DNA of 64,000 nt, from assembly GCA_046330075.1 (NCBI GenBank), contig JAXLTL010000011.1, forward strand, positions 27,243 to 91,242. The letters are read 5' to 3'. This DNA is from Bacteroidia bacterium. GTDB taxonomy: Bacteria > Bacteroidota > Bacteroidia > AKYH767-A > OLB10. This document shows positions 20,041 through 28,089 of this stretch, in pieces. The notes under the pieces were generated by a model. It was not told where the DNA came from. It worked only from the letters and a program-made list of their open reading frames with translations, and searched no databases. Position numbers and translations under genes: made by a program. Position 1 is the stretch's first letter. Each line of letters opens with the position of its first letter.

Positions 20041-20345
20041 AGGGAACGCGGATCGCCTTCGGCTTACGCTGATCAGGCTGATGGTCGCTGATTGATATTG
20101 TCTTCAGGCCGGTCGCGACCGGACAATACCAATCGTGTACGGACGTGCCCTGCTTGAACTGCAAAGCCTCGGGATGCAGGACCCTTGCACATGCTACATC
20201 TCGCCTGCATTTTCGACAAACCACGTTGCCAAAGATGGAACGCGGATGAAGCTGATTTTGCTGATGGTCGCTGATTTTATTTGTCTTTAGGCCGGTCGCG
20301 ACCGGATAATATTTGTCGCATGGCCGGTCGCGACCGGCCACTACC
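20041..20345. repeat. second array of the same composite repeat (one variant unit plus one unit)
   Basis: 20195..20331 differs from 17256..17392 at a single base by my reading. 20041..20194 matches the variant head seen at 17725..17780 (ggaacgcggatcgccttcggct.acgctgatcaggctgatggtcgctgatt). Confidence 0.9.
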
Positions 20346-20407
20346 ACTTCTGTAATCCCGAGGCTACGCTCGGGACGCAAGCGCTCTGAAACTTCGCAAC
20401 TCCCCTC

Positions 20408-21100
20408 TCAGGCCAAAACCGTATTCAGAATCGAATCGAAAATCAATTTGCCGTCGGTATTGCCGAGAACAGATTCGCTGGCACGTTCCGGGTGGGGCAT
20501 CATACCAAAAACATTGCGTTGCTTGTTGCAGATACCGGCGATGTTATCAAGCGCGCCATTCGGATTACTTTCTGCTGTGATATTACCTTGCTCATCGCAG
20601 TAGCGGAACAGCACCTGGTTATTGTCCTTGATTTGCTGCAAGGTGGACTCATCGCAGTAAAAACGGCCTTCACCGTGCGCGATGGGAACCTTTGCGGTTT
20701 GTCCAACGCTGAACTTTGATGTGATCACCGATTCATCGGTCTCACAACGAAGATTTACATTCTTACAAATAAACTGGTGATTGTTGTTGTGCAGCAATGC
20801 ACCGGGGAGGAGATGTGATTCGGTAAGGATCTGAAATCCGTTACAGATACCGAATACAAATCCGCCTTTATCGGCAAATTCGCAAACTTCCTGCATGATG
20901 GGTGAAAAACGGGCGATGGCACCGGAGCGGAGATAATCGCCGTAAGAAAATCCTCCCGGCAGCAAAATAAAATCACAGCCTTGCAGGGTATGGTCTTTAT
21001 GCCATAGTTCTACAACTTCCTTCTTCATCACGTTTCTTACCACGTGGATGAGGTCCTTATCGCAGTTAGAGCCGGGGAAGATGACAACGCCGAATTTCAT
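20408..21100 (-). CDS. purQ: phosphoribosylformylglycinamidine synthase, glutamine amidotransferase subunit PurQ
   Basis: MKFGVVIFPGSNCDKD..., GGFSYGDYLR, GICNGFQIL, MPHPER. The start is taken at codon 9 of ORF 20408..21124. Confidence 0.9.
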   Translation of the reverse strand: MKFGVVIFPGSNCDKDLIHVVRNVMKKEVVELWHKDHTLQGCDFILLPGGFSYGDYLRSGAIARFSPIMQEVCEFADKGGFVFGICNGFQILTESHLLPGALLHNNNHQFICKNVNLRCETDESVITSKFSVGQTAKVPIAHGEGRFYCDESTLQQIKDNNQVLFRYCDEQGNITAESNPNGALDNIAGICNKQRNVFGMMPHPERASESVLGNTDGKLIFDSILNTVLA

Positions 21101-21204
21101 GGGAGCAGGTTTTAACTTATGCAAAGGTACACGTTAAAAAAGTATCCCTGACGGCATTTTATAACTTTCAGGCTTTGCTATCTTCACCGGTAAATTGAAC
21201 GGCT

Positions 21205-21855
21205 ATGAAAAAAATACTCCCTCTTCTCCTCTTCCTGTTTACGGGCTACCTTGTTGAGGCTCAAAGCGAAACCGGATTTCAGATCCGCGCCGGTATGGGC
21301 TTCGCGGTGTATGGCACCAAGTCAACTACTACCATCAACACACCTGTTGGCGACTGGACCGACTCGGAAACCGACGGCGCCGTGACTTTCCATTTTCCCA
21401 TGGAATTCCGCTACGGGTTTAACAAGCATTTAAATGCCGGACTTGATTTCAAGATTGGCTCGTATCTCTATGAACCGGACAGTGGAGATGGAAAAAGCAA
21501 TGGTTTTTTTGCTATTGGTCCGGCGGTGGAATATGCGTTTGTTTCACTGGAGCACTTTCGCTGGTATGGCGGACTCGGTATAAATTACTGCAGTCTTGTA
21601 TTACAGGAAACAGAATCGTATACAGCTAACAAATATGTATGGTCATATGGAGGTGCCGGATTTAAAATTGGTTCCGGGGTCATGATCATTTTCGGCGAAC
21701 ACTTCGGATTAAATTTCAATCTGGCCTGGGACTCGCATAATTTCAAACTCAAAAACTACGAGTACAACGGAAAAGATGTCTCACTCGATAATTACGAGGC
21801 AACCCTAAAAGTACGCGGCCTTGACTTTGGTTTTGGCGCTGCGTACCTGTTCTGA
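21205..21855 (+). CDS. outer-membrane beta-barrel protein (porin-family-like)
   Basis: Signal peptide MKKILPLLLFLFTGYLVEAQ, alternating beta-strand pattern, C-terminal ...GFGAAYLF. Confidence 0.7.
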   Translation: MKKILPLLLFLFTGYLVEAQSETGFQIRAGMGFAVYGTKSTTTINTPVGDWTDSETDGAVTFHFPMEFRYGFNKHLNAGLDFKIGSYLYEPDSGDGKSNGFFAIGPAVEYAFVSLEHFRWYGGLGINYCSLVLQETESYTANKYVWSYGGAGFKIGSGVMIIFGEHFGLNFNLAWDSHNFKLKNYEYNGKDVSLDNYEATLKVRGLDFGFGAAYLF

Positions 21856-21870
21856 TATCACCCTGAATAA

Positions 21871-21905
21871 AGAGAGGAGCTTTGTTTAAGGCTCCTCTCT
21901 TTTTT
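21871..21905. terminator. terminator hairpin between convergent OMP gene and metF
   Basis: agagaggagc / gctcctctct stem followed by ttttt. Confidence 0.75.
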
Positions 21906-21914
21906 ATTGTTCTG

Positions 21915-22871
21915 TTAAAACACTTTTGTTACTACCCGTTTACAGGTATCGGAATTTCCCATGGTATAAAAATGAATCACCGGCACACCGGCCGCTTTCA
22001 GTTCTTTACACTGCTGAATGCACCACTCGATACCCACTTCTTTCGCTTTGTCATTGCCTTCCACCTTACTCATGGCATCTTCCAGTTCATCCGGAATATC
22101 GATGTGAAAAATACTCGGCAACACGGTGAGTTGCTTTTTTGTCGTCATCACTTTAATACCCGGAATGATCGGCACAGTAATATCGGCAGCGCGGCAAGCC
22201 TCCACAAATTCGAAGTATTTCTTATTATCGTAAAACATCTGCGTAACGATATAATCCGCACCGGCATCCACTTTTGCTTTCAGGTATTTCAGATCGCTGC
22301 GCATATTGGGTGCTTCGAAGTGTTTCTCGGGATAGCCGGCCACGCCGATGCAGAATCCTGTAGGAGCCACATCCTGGAGATCTTCGTCGAGGTACTGTCC
22401 GTGATTCATCGATACCACCTGTTGCAGCAGATCTAACGCATACGCATTACCGCCGGGTTCGGGGACGAAGCTGCCTTCGCTTTTGATGGAATCACCACGC
22501 AGCACGAGAACATTATCGATGCCGAGGAAGCTCAGGTCAATCAGCGCATTCTCCGTTTCTTCTCTGGAGAAACCGCCGCAGATGATGTGGGGCACCGCAT
22601 CGATACCGTATTTGTTCATGATGGCTGCGCAGATACCTACGGTACCCGGACGTTTCTTCACCGATTTCTTTTCAAGGAGTCCGTCGGGGCGCTTTTTGTA
22701 CACATATTCCTCACGGTGATAAGTAACATCAATGAAACTGGGATTAAAATCCAGCAGGGGATCAATTGCCTGGTAAATCTCATTCATACTCTTACCCTTC
22801 AGGGGCGGAAGTATTTCGATAGAGAAAAGGGGTTTCCCTTCGGCTTTGCGGATGTGTTCAACTACTTTCAT
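21915..22871 (-). CDS. metF: methylenetetrahydrofolate reductase [NAD(P)H]
   Basis: FSIEILPPLKG, FIDVTYHREE, PHIICGGFSREE, LVLRGD, DYIVTQMFYD. Confidence 0.9.
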   Translation of the reverse strand: MKVVEHIRKAEGKPLFSIEILPPLKGKSMNEIYQAIDPLLDFNPSFIDVTYHREEYVYKKRPDGLLEKKSVKKRPGTVGICAAIMNKYGIDAVPHIICGGFSREETENALIDLSFLGIDNVLVLRGDSIKSEGSFVPEPGGNAYALDLLQQVVSMNHGQYLDEDLQDVAPTGFCIGVAGYPEKHFEAPNMRSDLKYLKAKVDAGADYIVTQMFYDNKKYFEFVEACRAADITVPIIPGIKVMTTKKQLTVLPSIFHIDIPDELEDAMSKVEGNDKAKEVGIEWCIQQCKELKAAGVPVIHFYTMGNSDTCKRVVTKVF

Positions 22872-23014
22872 GGGGCGTAGATAGAGAGCCTTTATACGTG
22901 AGGATGCCGTTTTCGGTTCCGGCAGATATCGTGCAAAATTGCATAAGTATTCTCAAAAAGACGGGGTCCGGGCAAAATTTCATACCGTTGGCCTTTTCAA
23001 AAGAATCCTTCAGG

Positions 23015-23051
23015 AAATAAAAAAGCGCCTGTTCCGGAGAACAGACGCTTT
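23015..23051 (-). terminator. rho-independent terminator downstream of 23072..26287
   Basis: Minus strand: agcgtctgttc tccg gaacaggcgct followed by tttttt. Confidence 0.75.
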
Positions 23052-23071
23052 CAATATGGAATTTAGCTCAA

Positions 23072-26000
23072 TTAGCGGGAGATGGTCACCGTACCCGACT
23101 TCGCATCTTTACCATCTTTCAGGTCAATGATGTAGAAGTAGACACCATCAGGCGAATCTTTACCGTCGAATTTGCGGGTACCATTGTTGTAACCTGTTGT
23201 ATTGTACACTTCGTTACCCCAGCGGTTGAAGATCTGCACGGTATTATTCGGATACTGTTCGATGTTAGAGAGTTCAAAGAACTCATTGATGTTATCACCG
23301 TTCGGTGTGAAGATATTCGGGATTACCACCTCGCAGGCAACAGGCTCTGAAGCAGCACCTGTTTTACAGAGGCCGGTACCGATTGCACGAACCATGAATT
23401 CAGGAATAGAATTATTTACGCCATGTGTTTCAGGACCTGAAGGTGTGTTGGCAGGAATCCAGGTAGCTCCGCCGTCTTCACTTACTTCATAGCTTGCAGC
23501 ACCTGCAATAGCAGCCCAGGTATAGGTGTATTTGAACACACCGCTGGTGGTATTACATGCTACAACAGGAGCTTCCGGATAGTTGAACACATTTACCACA
23601 CCGCTGTCAGTTGCCTGACAGTTATTCTGTGTTACAGTTACATAGTAAGTACCGGCAGCAGTAGTTGAGATGGTTTGTGTAGTGGCTCCATTTGACCAGA
23701 GGTAAGTGGCACCGGCTACGTTTGCATCGAGGTTAGCAGTTTGATCTGTACAGATATCTTCGTCGTTAACCGCAGGTGTCGGAGCGGCATTAACGGTGAG
23801 TACCATTTGTGCGCTGCCTGTACAACCCGGATTTACGGTTACATCTACACTGTAAGTTCCCGCAGCTGAAGGCTGGTAAGTTTGTGAAGTAGCACCGCTG
23901 ATCGGGTTACCACCTTGTAACCACTGATAGGTGGCACCTGTGAAGCTTCCTCCGTCGAGGGTAGGATAGGTATCGTAATCACAGATGGATACATCAGAGA
24001 GCGCCGGAGTTGGGATTGACACTACTGAGAGGACCATAGATCCGTTAGCAGCACAGGAGCCGGTTCCGATGGTAACTGCATACGTTCCGCCTTGTGTAGT
24101 CTGGAGTGTTTGAGCGGTAGCACCAGGGATGATGTTACCATCGAGTGTCCATACATAGGTTGCTCCGGGATTACCTGCATCGAGCAAAGGATAGGATCCG
24201 TTCGCACAGATCGTAGCATTTGTAAGTGATGGCGCCTGGAATGGTGCTGTAACAGTGAGTTGAATGTCAAATGAACCGATACATTGTGCAACACCGGTAT
24301 TAACTTCTACGGTGTAGGTATAGGTACCTGCAGCAGAAGGAGCCGGAGTGTAGGTCTGGTTGGTTTCACCGGTGAGCAATGATCCGTTCTGATACCATTG
24401 GTAAGATGCACCTGTATTGCCTGCATCCAGGATGGGCATCGGATCGTTCAGGCAGAGGGTTTGATCAGCAGGAAGGTTATCTACCGGAGCAGGAATGATT
24501 GTTAGTGTTAAAGTATCAGCTCCGTTACAGGTAGGACCATTGTTGATGTAGATTGAATAGGTACCGGCAGCCGTTGGTGTATAGGTTGGACCGGTAGCAC
24601 CTGCAATCGGACCATTCTGATCATACCACTGGAAGTTCAGTCCGGTATAACCACAATCAAGCGTTGGAATCGGATCGAAACTGCAGATAGTAGGATCTGA
24701 GCCGAGGTTAATCGGAATCAGTGTATCGACACCAAAGATGGCCAGTGTATCGGTAGGTAACATAAATCGTCCGCAGGTATTGGCGATGGTATTACCATCT
24801 GATCCTCCACCGTTCACCATGAGCAGGTAGAACGGACCTGAACCGGAAGCCTGACCTTGCATATTTACCATGAGCGATTTGGTTTTAAGACCGCCAGGCT
24901 GGCAGAAACCATACACCGATCCAATCGGATAATTATTACCATTGATATCTACGAGTACCAGATCAGAACCATCATTTGCAATGGAGTAGCAATAGACACT
25001 ATCCATCAGGTCAACGATGATCTGGTTGAATACACAACCAACGCTGTCGTGCTTCGGATACCATACGATGTTACTGTCAAGTACAATGTACTTCACGGTA
25101 TCCACAAGTTCAGGCATTTCCGAACCGCACTCTGAAAGGAGCGTGTTTCCGTCAAATCCTTTCTTGATATAAACGTATGTAGTTCCGGAGATCAGCGGAT
25201 TAAGCAGCGTGAGCAGGAGTGAATCCGTTTGACCGTTGGTACAGTTGATCGGAGTTACAGTCACTACAGGGTCAGGAATACCAATCGGGGTAATTACGTG
25301 GAAATCGGTAGGTACTGCAGACGCACACTGGAACGTAGTATCGAAAGGAACGATGATGGTGTACTCATTACCACCACAGGTTGTTTGAACGATACCGGGT
25401 CCGGTAGTAAGCGAAGAGTTGGTGAATGAAGGCAGAATCTGATTACACTGCGATACGATATTGATCTGGATATCGCGTTTTACTGATCCGATCTTCGTTC
25501 CGTTCCGGAATTCTTCAACAAGTACTGCAAGTACACCTACCTGCACCAGATTCGGCGTGAAGTTGATTACACCGGTTTGAGGATTAATTGTAATCGGTGT
25601 GGAAGATGAAAGAGGATTCAACGCAGAATAAGGTGCGATATACGTAGCAGGAATTGACTGTGGTGGGCACTGGGTACCGCCATCTTCGGCAGTAGTAAGT
25701 GAGAACACCAGCGAGTCACCATCAATATCGGTTGCAGCCTGATCATAGTAGAAAGAGTTTCCTACGCAGAAACGGGTGTATGCGATATTGGTGAAGGTGG
25801 GTGAAGAGTTCGTAGGTGCATTCACGTTATCAAGGAACGCACTTACAAAGAGGTTGTTCGGAACGATGGTAGTGATAGCACCGTTACGGCAACATTCTGA
25901 ATAGGAGAATTGCCAGTCGATGGCGGTCTGCGGAAGTGTAACAATGGCTTCGTAGATATATTCTTCGAAGTCACCTACACCACCCGGACATGTAGCCGGA

Positions 26001-26287
26001 GCCGGTGGAACACAAGGTGTGTTTGGAACTGGCGCAGAGGTAATAATCGACGCTGTTACAGTTCCTGATACACCCAGTGAGATGGATGAATAACAAATGC
26101 TTGCAGTTGTCGGTACAGGAATACCGGTGCAGTCGCGATAATACTTCAAACGAAGGAGGTACTGTAATGGAGTACCTGTGTACTCATAGGTAATATCCAT
26201 ACCTGCCATGTGGGAGGCCCGGCTTGTGGTGGGCACCATCATGATCGCAAGGAGCGATACGACCAGCAGCGTAAACAGTTTTTTCAT
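23072..26287 (-). CDS. giant adhesin-like protein with gliding-motility-associated / T9SS type-B (CHU_C) C-terminal domain
   Basis: Signal peptide. N-terminal SHMAGMDITYEYTG...LRLKYYRDCTGIP domain. Repeated Ig-like modules (YQWYQNGSLLTGETNQTYTP...GTYTYTV). C-terminus IPNIFTPNGDNINEFFELSNIEQYP...IFNRWGNEVY...GVYFYIIDL. Paralog of 28090..30807. Confidence 0.85.
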   Translation of the reverse strand: MKKLFTLLVVSLLAIMMVPTTSRASHMAGMDITYEYTGTPLQYLLRLKYYRDCTGIPVPTTASICYSSISLGVSGTVTASIITSAPVPNTPCVPPAPATCPGGVGDFEEYIYEAIVTLPQTAIDWQFSYSECCRNGAITTIVPNNLFVSAFLDNVNAPTNSSPTFTNIAYTRFCVGNSFYYDQAATDIDGDSLVFSLTTAEDGGTQCPPQSIPATYIAPYSALNPLSSSTPITINPQTGVINFTPNLVQVGVLAVLVEEFRNGTKIGSVKRDIQINIVSQCNQILPSFTNSSLTTGPGIVQTTCGGNEYTIIVPFDTTFQCASAVPTDFHVITPIGIPDPVVTVTPINCTNGQTDSLLLTLLNPLISGTTYVYIKKGFDGNTLLSECGSEMPELVDTVKYIVLDSNIVWYPKHDSVGCVFNQIIVDLMDSVYCYSIANDGSDLVLVDINGNNYPIGSVYGFCQPGGLKTKSLMVNMQGQASGSGPFYLLMVNGGGSDGNTIANTCGRFMLPTDTLAIFGVDTLIPINLGSDPTICSFDPIPTLDCGYTGLNFQWYDQNGPIAGATGPTYTPTAAGTYSIYINNGPTCNGADTLTLTIIPAPVDNLPADQTLCLNDPMPILDAGNTGASYQWYQNGSLLTGETNQTYTPAPSAAGTYTYTVEVNTGVAQCIGSFDIQLTVTAPFQAPSLTNATICANGSYPLLDAGNPGATYVWTLDGNIIPGATAQTLQTTQGGTYAVTIGTGSCAANGSMVLSVVSIPTPALSDVSICDYDTYPTLDGGSFTGATYQWLQGGNPISGATSQTYQPSAAGTYSVDVTVNPGCTGSAQMVLTVNAAPTPAVNDEDICTDQTANLDANVAGATYLWSNGATTQTISTTAAGTYYVTVTQNNCQATDSGVVNVFNYPEAPVVACNTTSGVFKYTYTWAAIAGAASYEVSEDGGATWIPANTPSGPETHGVNNSIPEFMVRAIGTGLCKTGAASEPVACEVVIPNIFTPNGDNINEFFELSNIEQYPNNTVQIFNRWGNEVYNTTGYNNGTRKFDGKDSPDGVYFYIIDLKDGKDAKSGTVTISR

Positions 26288-26329
26288 GATTGAGGCTGTT
26301 TTTATAAGGTTGCTATTATTGATTTTTTT

Positions 26330-27418
26330 CTATTTGAAGAGATGCAGGGATCCTTTCTGCTTCCAGGAGGAGCCGTCACCGGAGGTTGCAAATATATCGT
26401 ATAAATAGGTACCCGGTTCGGCTACGCTGCCATCCGGCAGTCGCCCATCCCAGGTTATTTTATCTCCTTTCGCAGAGTATACCTGACGTCCGCTCCGGGT
26501 GTAGATCTTAACTTCCAGCTGAAAACCGTCAGTGTTTTCTATTTCGAAGATGTCGTTGATACCGTCGCCATTGGGACTGAAAGCCGAAGGCACGGTTCCG
26601 GTTACATGAATTTCACGTGTCAGCGTGATTCCATCTACCAGACATTGTAAAGTATAATCGCCCGGCTTTTCGTATGTATGAGATGTAGAGAATTGATTAC
26701 CGGTTGCATAGCCATCGCCGAAGTCGAAGTCGGCTTTTTTGCCCTGCTGATTGGTAAGTGCCGTAACCGTGAACGGAGCAAAACCCGTGGTAGTGGAGAC
26801 GATCAGCACAGGCGAGGGATTTGTATTCACCTGAACCGGCGTCTGCACAGGGGCAGGATTTGACTTAGCCGGTTCATTATCAATGATTTTTGGAGTACTC
26901 ACCGCCGGCTGAGCGGGATGCTGTGATTTTACAGCGTCCCCGCTCGCCACAACGGTTGTACCGGTCGACGCGGTTGGGCTGATCAAACGATCATTGGAAT
27001 TGCCCTGAGTATGTTGTTCCTGAGTTCCTGAAACAACCGTTGTTTTTTCATTAACGGTATTCGCTTCAGGTTTTATATCAATTTGATTGTCAAAATTTTG
27101 ACTTGGCACAGGTGCTGAAACGACGGCTGTTTCTGCCGGCTCCTGAACGGAGGATCCGCTTACGACCGGCTGTACCGGCGTTTCCTGCTTCACCACTCCG
27201 AAATAAACTGCAGTAACGGTTATAGCAGCAGCAGCGATAATGGCCGACAACCCCTTAACGCCTAATCTGGCAACAAGGCCTTTGACTGCCGATGAACCTC
27301 CGGGAACAGAAGCCGGAGCCGAAGGCAGCTGTGTGCTGATCTTCGTCCAGACACCCGGATCCACTTCAGGCTCGAAGTGATCGAAGGCGTCTTTGAATTT
27401 ATCTTCCAGGCGATTCAT
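26330..27418 (-). CDS. single-pass membrane protein (putative anti-sigma partner) with PKD domain and T9SS type-B CTD
   Basis: It starts 3 nt after the sigma gene stop. Short N-terminal region FKDAFDHFEPEVDPGVWTKISTQL, TM GLSAIIAAAAITVTAVYFGVV, Pro/Thr/Val-rich linker, PKD (FDFGDGYATGNQFSTSHTYEKPGDYTLQC), then SAFSPNGDGINDIFEIEN...YTRSGRQVY...GTYLYDI. Confidence 0.75.
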   Translation of the reverse strand: MNRLEDKFKDAFDHFEPEVDPGVWTKISTQLPSAPASVPGGSSAVKGLVARLGVKGLSAIIAAAAITVTAVYFGVVKQETPVQPVVSGSSVQEPAETAVVSAPVPSQNFDNQIDIKPEANTVNEKTTVVSGTQEQHTQGNSNDRLISPTASTGTTVVASGDAVKSQHPAQPAVSTPKIIDNEPAKSNPAPVQTPVQVNTNPSPVLIVSTTTGFAPFTVTALTNQQGKKADFDFGDGYATGNQFSTSHTYEKPGDYTLQCLVDGITLTREIHVTGTVPSAFSPNGDGINDIFEIENTDGFQLEVKIYTRSGRQVYSAKGDKITWDGRLPDGSVAEPGTYLYDIFATSGDGSSWKQKGSLHLFK

Positions 27419-27421
27419 TTT

Positions 27422-27997
27422 TTATTCTTTTCCGGCCGTAAGGAGGCCTTTTTCCTGTTGTAATCTGTTTACTTTTTCTACCAGATGCATGCGGGCTCTG
27501 GCAAATTGCGATTTACTGGTTCCTTCAGATATACTCAACATCTCTCCTATTTCCTTGTGCGAGTACCCTTCTATGGCGAACAGGTTGAATACTGTCCTGA
27601 ATCCAGGTGGCAATTGGCGGATGAGTTCCAGCAGATCAGATGCCTGTAACTTGTCCAGCACTTCAGCATCTTCAGATGGCTCATTGACTTCGTCAAGCTC
27701 GTTCCAGAGTAATTTCTGCTGCCGGATATGATCCAGACAGGTATTTACTATTACTCTCCTGATCCAGCCTTCGAGGGAACCCTCGCCTTTGAAAGAACTT
27801 ATTTTCTGGAAGATTTTCAGGAATCCGTCCTGGAGGTAATCTTCCGCCTCTTCCCTGCTCCGGGTGTACCGTAGGCAAACCCCGAACATTTTTCGCGCAA
27901 ACCTTTCGTACAGAAGCCGTTGAGCTTTGGCGTCCTGACGAAGTATAGCTTCAAGCAGTTGCTCATCGGTCATTGCGCTATGGGTCGGTAGAAACAT
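27422..27997 (-). CDS. RNA polymerase ECF-type sigma-70 factor
   Basis: Region 2 (LYERFARKMFGVCLRYTRSREEAEDYLQDGFLKIF) and region 4 (PPGFRTVFNLFAIEGYSHKEIGEMLSISEGTSKSQFARARMHL). The start could alternatively be MTDEQLL at 27973. Confidence 0.9.
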   Translation of the reverse strand: MFLPTHSAMTDEQLLEAILRQDAKAQRLLYERFARKMFGVCLRYTRSREEAEDYLQDGFLKIFQKISSFKGEGSLEGWIRRVIVNTCLDHIRQQKLLWNELDEVNEPSEDAEVLDKLQASDLLELIRQLPPGFRTVFNLFAIEGYSHKEIGEMLSISEGTSKSQFARARMHLVEKVNRLQQEKGLLTAGKE

Positions 27998-28089
27998 AGA
28001 TGGGATTTTCCCGGTTGCGGTTGCATACGAAGGTAAGAATTAATGGAATTTATTGATTTACAGAATGAAATAATGAGAATTTCGTCTGC

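Noticed and set aside
22872-23071. Possible SAM or folate-type riboswitch in the metF leader.
   Set aside because: Reading the minus strand shows only the terminator of the upstream gene and a short unstructured leader. I saw no recognisable riboswitch core, though I cannot run a covariance model.
28027-28035. The 9-mer ACGAAGGTA (minus strand TACCTTCGT) is shared upstream of both ECF sigma genes (28027..28035 and 62005..62013), which might indicate a common promoter.
   Set aside because: For the first sigma gene, the position corresponding to the -35 reads AATTCC rather than GGCAAC, and no second copy of that variant was found near the adhesin genes. The evidence is too weak to call a promoter there.
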